Below, piece after piece: positions 10,401-19,721 of a stretch of 64,000 nucleotides of DNA (within the stretch, counting starts at the first letter, position 1; each line of letters opens with the position of its first letter). The notes under the pieces are model-generated. The model saw nothing but the letters and a program-made list of their open reading frames with translations, was not told where the DNA came from and made no database searches. A program made the translations under genes and the position numbers. The stretch is from a virus. The stretch covers positions 32,001 to 96,000 of the IMG/VR virus record IMGVR_UViG_3300037089_000251; one strand, given 5' to 3'.

Positions 10401-11992
10401 CGACCATAACCAACATCTCCATCACGGGCGGCATCCTCACGGTTACGGGCAAGAACCGGTTTGGTACTGCCATCGGTGGCTCAACGCTGACCCTCAACGG
10501 CATCACTAATGCCACGTTCCTCAACGGCCAGCAGGTCTCGGTCATTGCCTCTACCGGGAATGCCTTCACCGCCTTCTTCCCCCATGCCGACTATGCATCC
10601 GCTGCCGACACCGGGACTGCCTCCGGGTTCGCTATCCAAGACGGGCAGCAGGTGGTTGTGTCCTTCAACCAGTTCATCCTGTACGAGCGCCTCAGCTTTG
10701 CCTCGAACGAGGTCCAGACGCTCAACGGAGGGGTTGCCAATACCCTCAACAACAACGGGTTTGTCCACAACACATGGCTCCCGGAGAGCTATGGGACATC
10801 ATATGGTCCCAGCCTCCTCAATGGCTTCTCCCTCACTCTGGATGGGGCGGTTCTCAACCCCGATGGCTCTGTCAACATCCCTGCCTCCACGGGATTGGTA
10901 GGGGCGGGCGTGCCGCATGACAGCCGCTACATCAAGGTGCTTTTCCAGACAGCCTCCAGCCCCCCCGTCTACGAGGTCATGCTGGAGAATGTGGACTTCG
11001 TGCTCAATGTGGATGCCGTCTCGGGGACTGCGGCCATCGCCCGCAACCTGGCGACCAATGCCACCAGCCGCATCCCGGACGGTGGTCAGGTGCTCGTGAG
11101 CTACTTCTACAACGAGGCATTCGATGTCTCGTCAGAGTTCCCCTCGTTCGTGCCCATCCTTGCCGCCCAGATAAACAAGACGAAGCATGCGGCGGCCGAT
11201 GTCCTCATCAAGGCGATGGTCGCCAACCCCATCGACATCACCCTCTCGGTCACGCTCAACCCAGGCGTCTCGGCGAACACCTTGGACTCGGACATCCGCA
11301 CCGCCATCGACCGGGTCTTGGATACCGCCACGACCACCCTCTACCAGTCGGAGGTCGTCTCCCAGATACAGAACATCACGGGGGTAAAGTCCGTATCCAT
11401 CCCGCTCATCAAGTGTGCCAAGTCGGACGGCAGCTATGACATCGGGTTCGTCATCCCCACGGGAACCCTCTGGACGCCTCTGGACAATGACCCTGCCTTC
11501 TCCTCGCTGGCGTTTGTCACGACCCCGACCGGGACCATAAGCTATATCCCCAAGAACAGCTTCATCACGACCAGTCCCATATTGCCGGACTCGACCGTGC
11601 CCTCGGGGGGACCTGCCAATGTGTTCGTCGGTCTCCTCTACGAGGGGCAGGCCTATTCCCGCACGTTCTCAGTGCAGAACTTCCTGACCAGTGCCGTCAC
11701 CCCCCCAGTGTCCTCCGGGAACGGCTCCTTCTACATCATCGGCTCGAACGATAAGATATTCATCCCGAACTATAACGGCAACAACCAAGACTACAGCGTG
11801 GTGCTCAATTCCACCTACCCGCAGCGGGTAATCCTCACCATTCCCTTGGACACACCGACGCCTTCCCTGAAGAGCTACTTCGTCACCTACCAGGTATTCG
11901 GGGAAAGCTCGGCAAAGGACATCACTTTGTCCGCTACCGAGTACTTCGTTCCAGGCAGGGTGACCATCAACTACATCACAACGGGGGCATAA
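7475..11992 (+). CDS. Baseplate J-like wedge protein with inserted beta domains
   Basis: DLSPRSEMRDLLIDP, G..R..A.ASVVTLTF, VTN..AA.FGQDQE.N, GT.NGY and C-terminal LYQSEVVSQIQNITGVKSV motifs typical of baseplate J / gp6; 1505 aa. Confidence 0.75.
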   Translation: MQPPSVGNTLSFVTPTILVGSPPVQINAMSVDSNVLPYIVQGSEGYVRLEVSLYGTLTANSSPVVSGTIATFTGTAAVNLNAGNAVIQFLARNYDPSQIGWNASITRAIGYRFVDDNAHVQMVVAATGATGSVEPTVFTLAGQFQDVSATVTGVSISSNVLTVQAENNFSVGMTVGFNNIQLATFLNGMSVVITSVTSTSFTAIFAASDYSSVQQESGTVGVVTADGGVTWLNIGFYQISPTVQFTIIPFVSGSSAVIGPPSAVNSYKSQIACRVEWLQPTFAGTVGTRVVFSTDPAGVNPPFVQYGDIVPPSQVSRVATQITDSTTTTSLDPTTGLQVITTTNQTQEFTFNYVDIPPSAVAGASPFYVMLSTVVQDPLTNAEFESQQNGPITCGFVNLSLVSPTDFLALQRKEDIAGRLIAYMTQLYPNLDLSPRSEMRDLLIDPVAIELSNMSVREWFARCSTSVSAMSQIDDANGDGISDDFNSSPIKQQIARAFGLNANDTQTLIDNQFNILGENAGLTRAGAAASVVTLTFYNYTKPTQTFSFPLGILCTTTADSVTPALSFITTGSASLTPNSAASFYNPVAGRWEVSIPANCQSTGSSTNAGAGTISTVSSGGPGGWSVTNLVAAAFGQDQEINSHFASRIANKQVTGVDSGTRNGYYTAAQATPGIVATQVVAAGDLEMVRDWDPIRQKHVFGCVDIYCQGTSSSEEDDIVAFQYQNNGTLGLYTSYIPLTIASATGTLLKLQAGSLAFQALDWPLYQGVEIIVTGNTGSFYLNVTNAQFNTATGAIILDPAALSYQVPVTGVGQVRIPYLSNLAAVQAAGGNVTYGLLARLQSPLTDVPTNQPVVGVNDVIGQPTQTGTVPTTLLELIHNSDFLLNGGSNQAGDEVQVASTVSSPITVTLTASTSVPVTIGTAVDIPIDLNGNIGNILSVRSTDLSTLYTFGPGGDYAIVATGPYRTYGLALQQSSATITNISITGGILTVTGKNRFGTAIGGSTLTLNGITNATFLNGQQVSVIASTGNAFTAFFPHADYASAADTGTASGFAIQDGQQVVVSFNQFILYERLSFASNEVQTLNGGVANTLNNNGFVHNTWLPESYGTSYGPSLLNGFSLTLDGAVLNPDGSVNIPASTGLVGAGVPHDSRYIKVLFQTASSPPVYEVMLENVDFVLNVDAVSGTAAIARNLATNATSRIPDGGQVLVSYFYNEAFDVSSEFPSFVPILAAQINKTKHAAADVLIKAMVANPIDITLSVTLNPGVSANTLDSDIRTAIDRVLDTATTTLYQSEVVSQIQNITGVKSVSIPLIKCAKSDGSYDIGFVIPTGTLWTPLDNDPAFSSLAFVTTPTGTISYIPKNSFITTSPILPDSTVPSGGPANVFVGLLYEGQAYSRTFSVQNFLTSAVTPPVSSGNGSFYIIGSNDKIFIPNYNGNNQDYSVVLNSTYPQRVILTIPLDTPTPSLKSYFVTYQVFGESSAKDITLSATEYFVPGRVTINYITTGA

Positions 11993-12282
11993 TGAGCTTA
12001 ACCAACAGCATCAGCAGTTTCATCGAGAAGATGGCTTATGATTACACCCACTTCCTCACGGCGACAACGGTCGTGAGTTGGGGGTATATCCTCGGGAAGG
12101 GGCACGGGTCTGCATGGGCCTCGGCGGGAGTCCTCGTCTTCGCTCTGGCGAAGGAGTTTTACTGGGACCTTCGCTATGAAACGCCTGCCCTCAGTGGAGG
12201 CTACCTTGGTGGACTGAGGGACTTCTCCGGGTATCTGGTCGGAGTTGCAAGCTCTCTGTCACTCCTGAAGCTTTTGAAATAA
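11992..12282 (+). CDS. Small membrane protein
   Basis: 96 aa with hydrophobic segments and a KEFYWD motif; coupled to the upstream stop. Confidence 0.6.
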   Translation: MSLTNSISSFIEKMAYDYTHFLTATTVVSWGYILGKGHGSAWASAGVLVFALAKEFYWDLRYETPALSGGYLGGLRDFSGYLVGVASSLSLLKLLK

Positions 12283-12283
12283 T

Positions 12284-13768
12284 ATGGCGACCAACAACAT
12301 CCCGGACCTTCTCTACCAGCAATCGAGGGAGTCGCTCCTCACCCTTGAGGACACCCGCCTGTTCTTCCTGCTGGCGGCGGTGGCCAACTACTACCTCCCC
12401 CGCAACGACCAGCCCCAGTGGGGCACGATGATGCGTGCCATCGCACAAGAGATGGCCCGGCTGGACTACGACTACCAGTATGACATCGCTGCCAAGGCTC
12501 CCCAGTACCTCACCCCACCCGACATCAAGCGGGAATATGCCGCCCCGCTGCACATCAAGAGCGCCTATCCCTATCCTGCCCAGTTCGACAAGGGGGACTT
12601 CACTGGACCCTTCAACTCCTCGGACAACCCCGTGGGCTACAGGGACATGCTCGTTGACCTATTGAAGGCATACAACGAGGGGGCGATACCGCAATCCATC
12701 ACTGATGTCATCTATGCCTATACGGGCAAGACCATCACCGTGGTGGAGCTTTACAAGCTCATCGGGCAGGGGGTGTATGACCAGAGCGACCGGAACGCCA
12801 TCCAGGTGTCCGTCAATGTCGGCGGCAACAACTCCCTCACGAACATCCAGAGCCTTACCCAGCTACAGGAGATTGTCCAGAACCTCTACGGGGCCATCGA
12901 CCTTGCCAAGCCCGCCCATGTGGGGCTGGAGTTCACGACGGTGTTCGCCGAGACGGAGAACGTCAGCCTCAGCATCAAGGACACGCTCCGCATCATCATC
13001 CGGCAGGTGGAGGCACCACCGCTCGACCCGATGCTGTGGATTGCCCCCATCTTCAACCTCAAGCACCCCAAGACCACGCTGGCGGCATGGGGCAGGCGTC
13101 TGGAGCCTACCATCTCATATGAGACTTGGTTCAACATGCAGCCGATAGCCCCGTCGCTGTCCCCCCCGGTCATCGTTCCGCCCTCCGCCGTCCCGCCTGT
13201 GTGGAATCCTGACCAGACCTACAGCCGTGGCAACCTTGTCGCCCCCTTCTCGGGCAGCTACCAGATGTACCGGGCGGTCAAGAAGAGCACGGGGCAGTCC
13301 CCGATAAGCACCAGCCCCCCGACCAGCCCCCCGACCGTGAACAGCGCCTACTGGAAGCTCCTCCCCTCCCCTGCCGCCTGGCAGGCATACTACCCCATCG
13401 CCTCCGGGATGTACACGGTGGGCATGGCCCCGTGGACGGCGGACACCGAGTTCTACACGGGACAGTTCATCGTTGACCCGAACGGAAACCTTGAGATTGC
13501 GGTGCAGGGCGGTACCTCCGGACCCTCCGTCGCCTTCAACACGGAGGTGGGCGGGAACACGGACGACGGCAGCGTGGTCTGGCTGAACCTCGGGGCAAAC
13601 TACCTTGTTGACCCGAGCCAGTGGATAATGGTCGTTGACCAGACGGGCATCCCCACGGGCGAGGTCGCAAACTGGAACGTCAACAACCCGATGGGTCTCG
13701 TCGCCCCGAGGGAGAGCACGGCGTGGGAGATAAAATCAGACTCATGGCAGATTTTGAATTACGATTGA
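12284..13768 (+). CDS. Putative baseplate protein (tail protein I / gp7-like) with C-terminal carbohydrate-binding-like modules
   Basis: YRDMLVDLL..Y.EGA....I and AKPAHV motifs follow the J-like gene; W-x4-Y-x2-G modules near the C-terminus. Confidence 0.55.
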   Translation: MATNNIPDLLYQQSRESLLTLEDTRLFFLLAAVANYYLPRNDQPQWGTMMRAIAQEMARLDYDYQYDIAAKAPQYLTPPDIKREYAAPLHIKSAYPYPAQFDKGDFTGPFNSSDNPVGYRDMLVDLLKAYNEGAIPQSITDVIYAYTGKTITVVELYKLIGQGVYDQSDRNAIQVSVNVGGNNSLTNIQSLTQLQEIVQNLYGAIDLAKPAHVGLEFTTVFAETENVSLSIKDTLRIIIRQVEAPPLDPMLWIAPIFNLKHPKTTLAAWGRRLEPTISYETWFNMQPIAPSLSPPVIVPPSAVPPVWNPDQTYSRGNLVAPFSGSYQMYRAVKKSTGQSPISTSPPTSPPTVNSAYWKLLPSPAAWQAYYPIASGMYTVGMAPWTADTEFYTGQFIVDPNGNLEIAVQGGTSGPSVAFNTEVGGNTDDGSVVWLNLGANYLVDPSQWIMVVDQTGIPTGEVANWNVNNPMGLVAPRESTAWEIKSDSWQILNYD

Positions 13769-13816
13769 CGACTGAACAAATGAACTTTCTAAAGTATTTA
13801 TATGAGGAAGTTGTCA

Positions 13817-14739
13817 TGTTCATCTATCTGATTGTCAACCACGAGACCGGGAAGTACTATGTTGGCCAGCACAAGGGAAACAACCTAAAGAAGTATCTTC
13901 AAAAAAAGCTTTCCAGTGCTAGACACCAGCACAGTGGTCAGTCTCATCTCTTCAATGCGATGCGGAAATACCCACAATCATCCATCTGGTCAATTCATGC
14001 TCTTCGGGATGACATCCAAACCCGTACAGAGCTTGACGAAACCGAACGAGACTTCATTAAGTTCCTGCGGTCACAAGACCCAGAGTACGGTTACAATATC
14101 TGCCAAGGTGGGGAGGGATTCACAGGACCGCATACAGAAGAAACTAGAGCCAACATAGCTGAAGCTACCCGTAAATATTTTGACCTCAACCCGGAAGTTA
14201 GCCGACTTCGGGGCTTAAAAATTAGTGAGACCAAGCAGAAAAACAAAAAGCCACTGATAATGAAGGGTTGCCCTATATGCAATAAGACCTTCTTTATGCC
14301 ATTTGGGCGGCGTGGTGTCATTTACTGTTCTCAGACATGTTATCAGCGTAGCCCAAGAAGAATAGAGGTGGAACAAACTCGGATAGAAAGCCACCGCATC
14401 GCTATGCAATCTCCCACAACTCGTCGTAATTTAGCTGTAGCCCAATCTGCACGGCGCATGGAAGAAAAAAGACTGGGCATCAAACCAACTATGCCCGTTC
14501 GTATTTGGACTAAACAGGCAAGGCAAGAACAAGCTGAACGGATGAGATTGCAACGAAGGGGGAAGCCGATGCCAGAAACTCAAAGACTTGCTATATCTAA
14601 TGCACTTAAAGGCTTGGTGTGCGACGACACAAGAAAGTTATCGCTTGATAGAGGCAGGCATACCCGATGGCACTCCTCGAAAGGAGTTGTTGCCGATACT
14701 TGTCGGTTTTGCCTAGAGGGACTTTCCAAGCCTAATTAG
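13817..14739 (+). CDS. GIY-YIG homing endonuclease with NUMOD3-like DNA-binding segments
   Basis: FIYLIVNHETGKYYVGQ, GYNICQGGEG and HTEETR motifs; lower GC; GAGG RBS before ATG 13817. Confidence 0.85.
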
Positions 14740-16848
14740 GTGAGTATGGTGACTATAAAGACGGCCTACCTTTCCCCCTCGACTGGGACGCTGGAGATAA
14801 CGGCGGTCCGGTCCTTGCAGCCGACTGCCTCCATCGTGCTTGACCTCGGCATACCAAATTTTACCGTCTTTTCAATCAAATTCCCCATCTCCTCCAGCGA
14901 CCCCATGGAGTTCAGGCAGGTGAGCAGCGAGGCTCTGGGGGTCATGCTGGACGAGATGACGGCGTTCATGATAAGCACCGGCTACAAGCAGAACGTCATC
15001 GCCGGAATATACGCCCTCGCCCTCGACTGCTACAAGGGCATGATTGCCAACGACAACCCCGCCAAGCGGGAGAAGGACCCCACCATTGGCAGCATTAGGG
15101 GAGCCTTCCGGCTGCCCCCGGAGTTCATCAACGAAACCCAGAAGTGCGTGGTTACGGCGGCAAAGACCGTCAAGCGGTCACCAAGGGAGCGCAAGCTGGA
15201 GTTCACCCCCTCCCGTCCCCTGACCCCCTCGAAGAACGATGTCCTCAAGGCCATCAAGCGGTACCGTTTCCAGAGCATCAAGAGCCAGCCCTACCCGCTC
15301 TACCTGGTGGTCTACGACAACATGGGTCGCCCCAAGGGGACGCTGTCCTTGGGACCGGGGTTCCACAACGAGCTTCTCAAGATGCAGTACAAGAAGAAGG
15401 GGTCCGAAAACCCACAGACTGAGCAGGCCAAGACGATAGTCGAGCAAGGCGGAGGGGTGTTCAAGGGCATGTCCGAGGGCATCAACCCCGGCGAGATGCT
15501 GGCGTGGTTCGACACACCTCATCGTTCTACTCTATTCATCCCACTCCAAGGACTTACGGTAGAGGCTGTGGAGCAAGCGATTGAACAGAGCGAGGCTCGG
15601 TATGCACAGGTGGTGAAGCGTGCAGGGCAGTGGGGGCTGCGCTCCTACGACGGGGACAGCGCCCACGACATCCTCGACCGCTACCGCCCGAAGGGCGAGG
15701 ACACACAGGGCTTCGACGAGCCGGTACCGGAGGACAGGCTCCCCGACCTTGTCGCCGAGCTTAACTCCATGGACCTCGGCACCCCGGACGCCAAGCAGGA
15801 CTACCTCGCCGTGGTGGTGTTCCTCGTCACCCACGGCTCCGACATCCCCGACGACCTCCGCCAGTGTGCCCTTGGCATCGCCCATGAGCTTCACGGCGAC
15901 ACCGAGGGCAGGAATCCGGGCGGGACCACCGACCGGGGCTACAAGCTCTGGAAGGACCCCTTGGGGCGCAAGAAGGAGCTTGAGAAGGAGATGGCCATAC
16001 TTGAGGGCGACAGTGCCAAGGTGGCCAGCCTGTGGGGGATAGAGAAGCAGGTGAAGGAGGACTTCGACCCGGATGTCCTCATCGACCCCCTGACCAACAT
16101 CTTCGGCAAGCTCCAGCCGGAATACCGCAACAAGCTCAAGCGGCTCCTCCTTAAGCCCAGCCACAAGACCTGGAACGACGCCTTCAGCATCATCGTGAGC
16201 GGCGGCGGGAAGTTCATGACCCTATGGCAGGCGGTCATCGCCGTGGACCCGTGGTTCCCGAGGACTGGCCCACGTGAGGACTTCAAGGGCAACCTGATAT
16301 CCGGCTGGGAGAAGATTCCCGACCGCAAGACCATCATCCAAGCGCTGCGCTATGCCAACCCGGTCAAGCACGAGAAGAAGTTCAACCCGGACGACCTCAA
16401 GTTCCTTGAGTCCATGGGCATCAAGACCAGCAGGTTCCTCCGCACCGAGGAGATGCGGGCATGGGGTCAGGGTAGGCAGGACGAGTATTACTCCCAGCAC
16501 CCCGAGCTTGGGAGTCCGGGAAAGAAGCTCAACCTGATGGTTACAGAGCCGGATGGCACCTCTGTGCCCTTGGCGAAGGCAGTCAGGGCAGACCACACCA
16601 ACGCCGAGGGCTACTGGGCGGGCGAGGGCAATGCGGCCAGCGGCATACTCCCCATATGTACAACCACCGGAAGGATTTGCCTTGCTTGGCGCAGTCCCTA
16701 TGTGAACGAGGGAAGCTGCTGGGGAACCATCGGTGGGGCGGTCAAGAGAGGGATGCAGCCCGGTCCCAGCGCCGAGGAGGAGCTTGCGGAGGAGACGGGG
16801 TATACGGGCGATATCAAGTTGTATCCAGCTTTTGTCTTTACTGCTTAA
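14740..16848 (+). CDS. Modular protein: DUF4259-like module plus N-terminal half of a Nudix hydrolase
   Basis: GQWGLRSYDGDSAHDILD (DUF4259-like start); ASGIL...GRICLAWRS...WGTIGG...AEEELAEETGY Nudix box; stops shortly after the Nudix box. Confidence 0.7.
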   Translation: MSMVTIKTAYLSPSTGTLEITAVRSLQPTASIVLDLGIPNFTVFSIKFPISSSDPMEFRQVSSEALGVMLDEMTAFMISTGYKQNVIAGIYALALDCYKGMIANDNPAKREKDPTIGSIRGAFRLPPEFINETQKCVVTAAKTVKRSPRERKLEFTPSRPLTPSKNDVLKAIKRYRFQSIKSQPYPLYLVVYDNMGRPKGTLSLGPGFHNELLKMQYKKKGSENPQTEQAKTIVEQGGGVFKGMSEGINPGEMLAWFDTPHRSTLFIPLQGLTVEAVEQAIEQSEARYAQVVKRAGQWGLRSYDGDSAHDILDRYRPKGEDTQGFDEPVPEDRLPDLVAELNSMDLGTPDAKQDYLAVVVFLVTHGSDIPDDLRQCALGIAHELHGDTEGRNPGGTTDRGYKLWKDPLGRKKELEKEMAILEGDSAKVASLWGIEKQVKEDFDPDVLIDPLTNIFGKLQPEYRNKLKRLLLKPSHKTWNDAFSIIVSGGGKFMTLWQAVIAVDPWFPRTGPREDFKGNLISGWEKIPDRKTIIQALRYANPVKHEKKFNPDDLKFLESMGIKTSRFLRTEEMRAWGQGRQDEYYSQHPELGSPGKKLNLMVTEPDGTSVPLAKAVRADHTNAEGYWAGEGNAASGILPICTTTGRICLAWRSPYVNEGSCWGTIGGAVKRGMQPGPSAEEELAEETGYTGDIKLYPAFVFTA

Positions 16849-16897
16849 ATGAACTATCACTTCTACTATTATAGGGGTATCTTTATAGGGGTGGTAG

Positions 16898-17659
16898 ATG
16901 AACAAAACATCAGGGTATGTTCAGGCTAAGCCGATTCCATACGAAGGGCTTGACCTTTGTTTCTACAAATGTGGCTCCGTGGCAAAGTATCGGCAGAAAA
17001 ATGGCAAGTTATGCTGTAGCCGACACTTTATGTTATGCCCGACCATGACGACCAAAAAAGCCAAGCCAGATATCGACTTGACGGGTCAGGAGGTGGGATA
17101 TTGGAGGGTGCTTGCCTATGCCTTCAACGGGAAATGGGCTTGCCGTTGCATATGTGGAGTGGAAAGACCTGTCAAGACTCAAGCCTTGGTCGAAAAGACC
17201 AGCAAGTCGTGTGGGTGTAGGAGGGAAGAATTTGTAAGTGCGGCTTTCACGAAAAGGCACGGGTTGAGGGCACGGTACTCCATTTTTAACAATTACAGGG
17301 GGGCTGCCCGCCGTCGAGGGTATGAGTGGGGATTGTCCTTTGAACAGTTTTGTGGTTTTTTAGAAAAGCCTTGTTTTTATTGCGGTATCAAGCCTAGCTC
17401 GCTGTGGAACGATTCCTACATGGACCGTGCGGGAAAGCATTTTGGTAAGCGCCAAGATTTCTACTATAACGGGGTAGACAGGCTTGACAACTCTGCTGGA
17501 TATGCTGAGGGAAATTGCGTTACAGCGTGTTGGCGTTGCAATTTTTCTAAGAATGATTTAAGCCGGGAGGAATGGTTGACTTGGGTTAAGCGGCTGTATG
17601 AGCATCAGGAATTGGACAAAGGAGTATTGGTGTGCCTTTCAAATATCACAACTTCATAG
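16898..17659 (+). CDS. HNH-type homing endonuclease, freestanding
   Basis: DLTGQ..GYWRV, WACRCICG, SKSCGC, CFYCG and NGVDRLDNSAGY...NCVTACWRCNFSK; lower GC. Confidence 0.85.
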   Translation: MNKTSGYVQAKPIPYEGLDLCFYKCGSVAKYRQKNGKLCCSRHFMLCPTMTTKKAKPDIDLTGQEVGYWRVLAYAFNGKWACRCICGVERPVKTQALVEKTSKSCGCRREEFVSAAFTKRHGLRARYSIFNNYRGAARRRGYEWGLSFEQFCGFLEKPCFYCGIKPSSLWNDSYMDRAGKHFGKRQDFYYNGVDRLDNSAGYAEGNCVTACWRCNFSKNDLSREEWLTWVKRLYEHQELDKGVLVCLSNITTS

Positions 17660-17925
17660 GCACCGTCTCGCATGAATTTGGTCTCCATCCTAATGAAGAG
17701 CATGGCTGGGAGACTGAGGCACTTGAGTGGTTCACTTTTGAGGAGGTCCAAGAGATGATGAGGACCGACCCCGGAAGTTTTCATCCCGGTCTTATAAAGC
17801 TGTTCAAGCAGTCCGGCAAGCTCATCCAGCAAATTTGTAACCGGGAAAGAAGAGGGAAGGGAAAAGGCAATGAGAAACCAGATACAGGCAACGCCGATGC
17901 CAGCACCACCGGCAACGCTGCTTAA
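17632..17925 (+). CDS. C-terminal half of the split Nudix hydrolase
   Basis: FKYHNFIG...WETEALEWF...FHPGL resembles the second half of phage Nudix domains; GTG start preceded by AAAGGAG inside the HNH gene. Confidence 0.65.
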   Translation: MPFKYHNFIGTVSHEFGLHPNEEHGWETEALEWFTFEEVQEMMRTDPGSFHPGLIKLFKQSGKLIQQICNRERRGKGKGNEKPDTGNADASTTGNAA

Positions 17926-18583
17926 GTTTGACGGGTCGGACAAGGTACCGAACCCCATCAGGAAGGGAGCGCTCCGCATCTACCGGAAGGACACCGGGGA
18001 AGTGCTCTTCGAGGACCACAACATCATCACGTCCATCAGCAGTTGGCTGTTCGCCCAGTTCATGGCGTGCGCCAGCCCGCTCAGCCTCTCCCCGCCGCAG
18101 GTACAGCCCGTCAGCATCCCTGCCACGGAGCCTGCCTGGGGCGTCTGGGGGCTTGCCCTCGGGGCGGGAAGCCCTACATGGGCACCAACCACCCAGCCGG
18201 TCGAGACAGCGGCTCAAATCGAGCTTATACAGCCCCTCGCCCGTGTCCAGCTTTCCCGTGTGAACTTCGTCACGCAAGACAACAGCGGCAACTGGAACGC
18301 CGTGGCCGTCCTCTCCCAGAATGTGGAGTTCCAGACCACGGTGAACAGCACCACCAACAACATCACGCAGGCAGTGAGGGAGATGGGGCTTATCGGCGGG
18401 GGCATTGCCGACATGGGTTCCTACACCATGCTCACGGCACCGTACTTCAACGGAAACCCGTCCAGCTACGCTACGGTCAAGGCATCGCAGCAGACGGTAG
18501 TGCTTTGTAACTACAAGACCCTACCCCCACTTTTATTACCTCCTGGGATTGATATAATTTTCAGTTGGATTTTTTCCTTTTAG
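17870..18583 (+). CDS. Putative tail-fibre attachment / baseplate protein
   Basis: HNIIT...LALGAG...L..R...VEFQTT...VREMGLIGG...NYKT pattern of tail-collar fibre N-terminal domains. Confidence 0.55.
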   Translation: MRNQIQATPMPAPPATLLKFDGSDKVPNPIRKGALRIYRKDTGEVLFEDHNIITSISSWLFAQFMACASPLSLSPPQVQPVSIPATEPAWGVWGLALGAGSPTWAPTTQPVETAAQIELIQPLARVQLSRVNFVTQDNSGNWNAVAVLSQNVEFQTTVNSTTNNITQAVREMGLIGGGIADMGSYTMLTAPYFNGNPSSYATVKASQQTVVLCNYKTLPPLLLPPGIDIIFSWIFSF

Positions 18584-18595
18584 CCCCTAAACTTT

Positions 18596-18805
18596 ATGAC
18601 TTTCAGACGGCTAACCGTAGAGAGTCCAGCCGGGGTAAACTATCGTGGCTTACGGCAATGGAATTGCCTGTGCAAGTGCGGTGGTCATAAGGTCGCAACA
18701 ACGACCTGCCTGCGCAGCGGCAATGTAAGGAGTTGCGGTTGCTTGGCACGGGAATCCTCGATAGCTAACCTACATAATTGGGTTTATCCCCTTTCGGTTC
18801 CTTAA
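18596..18805 (+). pseudogene. Remnant of an HNH/AP2-type homing endonuclease (N-terminal Zn module only)
   Basis: FRRLTV...WNCLCKCG...LRSGNVRSCGC, same module as the N-termini of the two intact HNH genes; no nuclease domain. Confidence 0.6.
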
Positions 18806-18819
18806 GCAGGAGACCTATA

Positions 18820-19320
18820 ATGGCTGGCAAGGTACTGGCAATCAAGCTCGGTCCGTGGCATGAGTTCGGCGACGGCATCGTCAGCACCGGCTATCGGGTA
18901 ATCCTGTCTGTTAGCCAAGTCCGCATCGACGTGCAGACCACCACCTTCTTTGGCCAGAACCTCTTCCAGATGACCTACTCCCCGTGGGGCGTGGGCATGG
19001 TGGATGTCGGCTCGCTCAACTCTACCAGCCTCTTCATGAACTTCCTTGCCCCCTACAAGAACCGGTGCTTGGAGTGGGCGCAATTCGTCAATCCCCCTTA
19101 TAATGCAGCCTTCTACCTTGGGCGCAGCTACACCCTGATTCCCCCTCCCCCGGAGCCTCCCGAGTCCACGGGCAACATGGTTCTCGACGAGGCAAGCTAC
19201 GATGCCGCAAAGGGTTGGTGGGTGAGGTTCAAGGGGAACTTCAACATCGCCATCCCCATATTCCACGACTTCCCCAACATCTTGGACTGCACTCCCAACT
19301 TCAGCATCAAGATTAAGTAG
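18820..19320 (+). CDS. Hypothetical protein
   Basis: AGGAG RBS before ATG 18820; phage-typical codon usage. Confidence 0.65.
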   Translation: MAGKVLAIKLGPWHEFGDGIVSTGYRVILSVSQVRIDVQTTTFFGQNLFQMTYSPWGVGMVDVGSLNSTSLFMNFLAPYKNRCLEWAQFVNPPYNAAFYLGRSYTLIPPPPEPPESTGNMVLDEASYDAAKGWWVRFKGNFNIAIPIFHDFPNILDCTPNFSIKIK

Positions 19321-19350
19321 GTTTTACCATAAAAACCGGTATTATCCGCC

Positions 19351-19497
19351 ATGGTCATGAGTTATGGAAAAGCATTCTCCTTGGGGATGATAACGCTGTC
19401 CGTTTTGGCCAGCCTGTCGTACTTCGCCGCCAAGGACTATCGCCGGGGAGTATACTGGGCGGCATCCGCCGTCCTCATCACCTCCGTGACCTTCTAG
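19351..19497 (+). CDS. Small membrane protein (48 aa)
   Basis: MVMSYGKAFSLGMITLSVLASLSYFAAKDYRRGVYWAASAVLITSVTF; two hydrophobic stretches, just after a promoter-like motif. Confidence 0.5.
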   Translation: MVMSYGKAFSLGMITLSVLASLSYFAAKDYRRGVYWAASAVLITSVTF

Positions 19498-19502
19498 GAA
19501 CG

Positions 19503-19721
19503 ATGCCTATGTGCCGGAACCCCGAGCAAGTCAAGATGGTGGACCGCCGAAAGGGTGCGATTAGGGCGGCGGTCGCCGCCTACCTCATCATCCTCATTCT
19601 CGTCATCATGGTCTCATGCTTGGTGATAGCCCTGACGGTGCAGAAGGCCAAGACCCTACAGCTTATGGTGAGACCACCCTGTTCTCTGGTCATAAAGGAG
19701 ACCCCATGCGCATATTCCTGA
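19503..19721 (+). CDS. Small membrane protein
   Basis: 72 aa with one long hydrophobic segment. Confidence 0.5.
   Translation: MPMCRNPEQVKMVDRRKGAIRAAVAAYLIILILVIMVSCLVIALTVQKAKTLQLMVRPPCSLVIKETPCAYS

Noticed and set aside
16849-17631. Group I intron interrupting the Nudix gene
   Set aside because: Only 49 nt of non-coding sequence, occupied by a promoter-like motif. The HNH ORF overlaps the downstream part and no P7-type core was seen.
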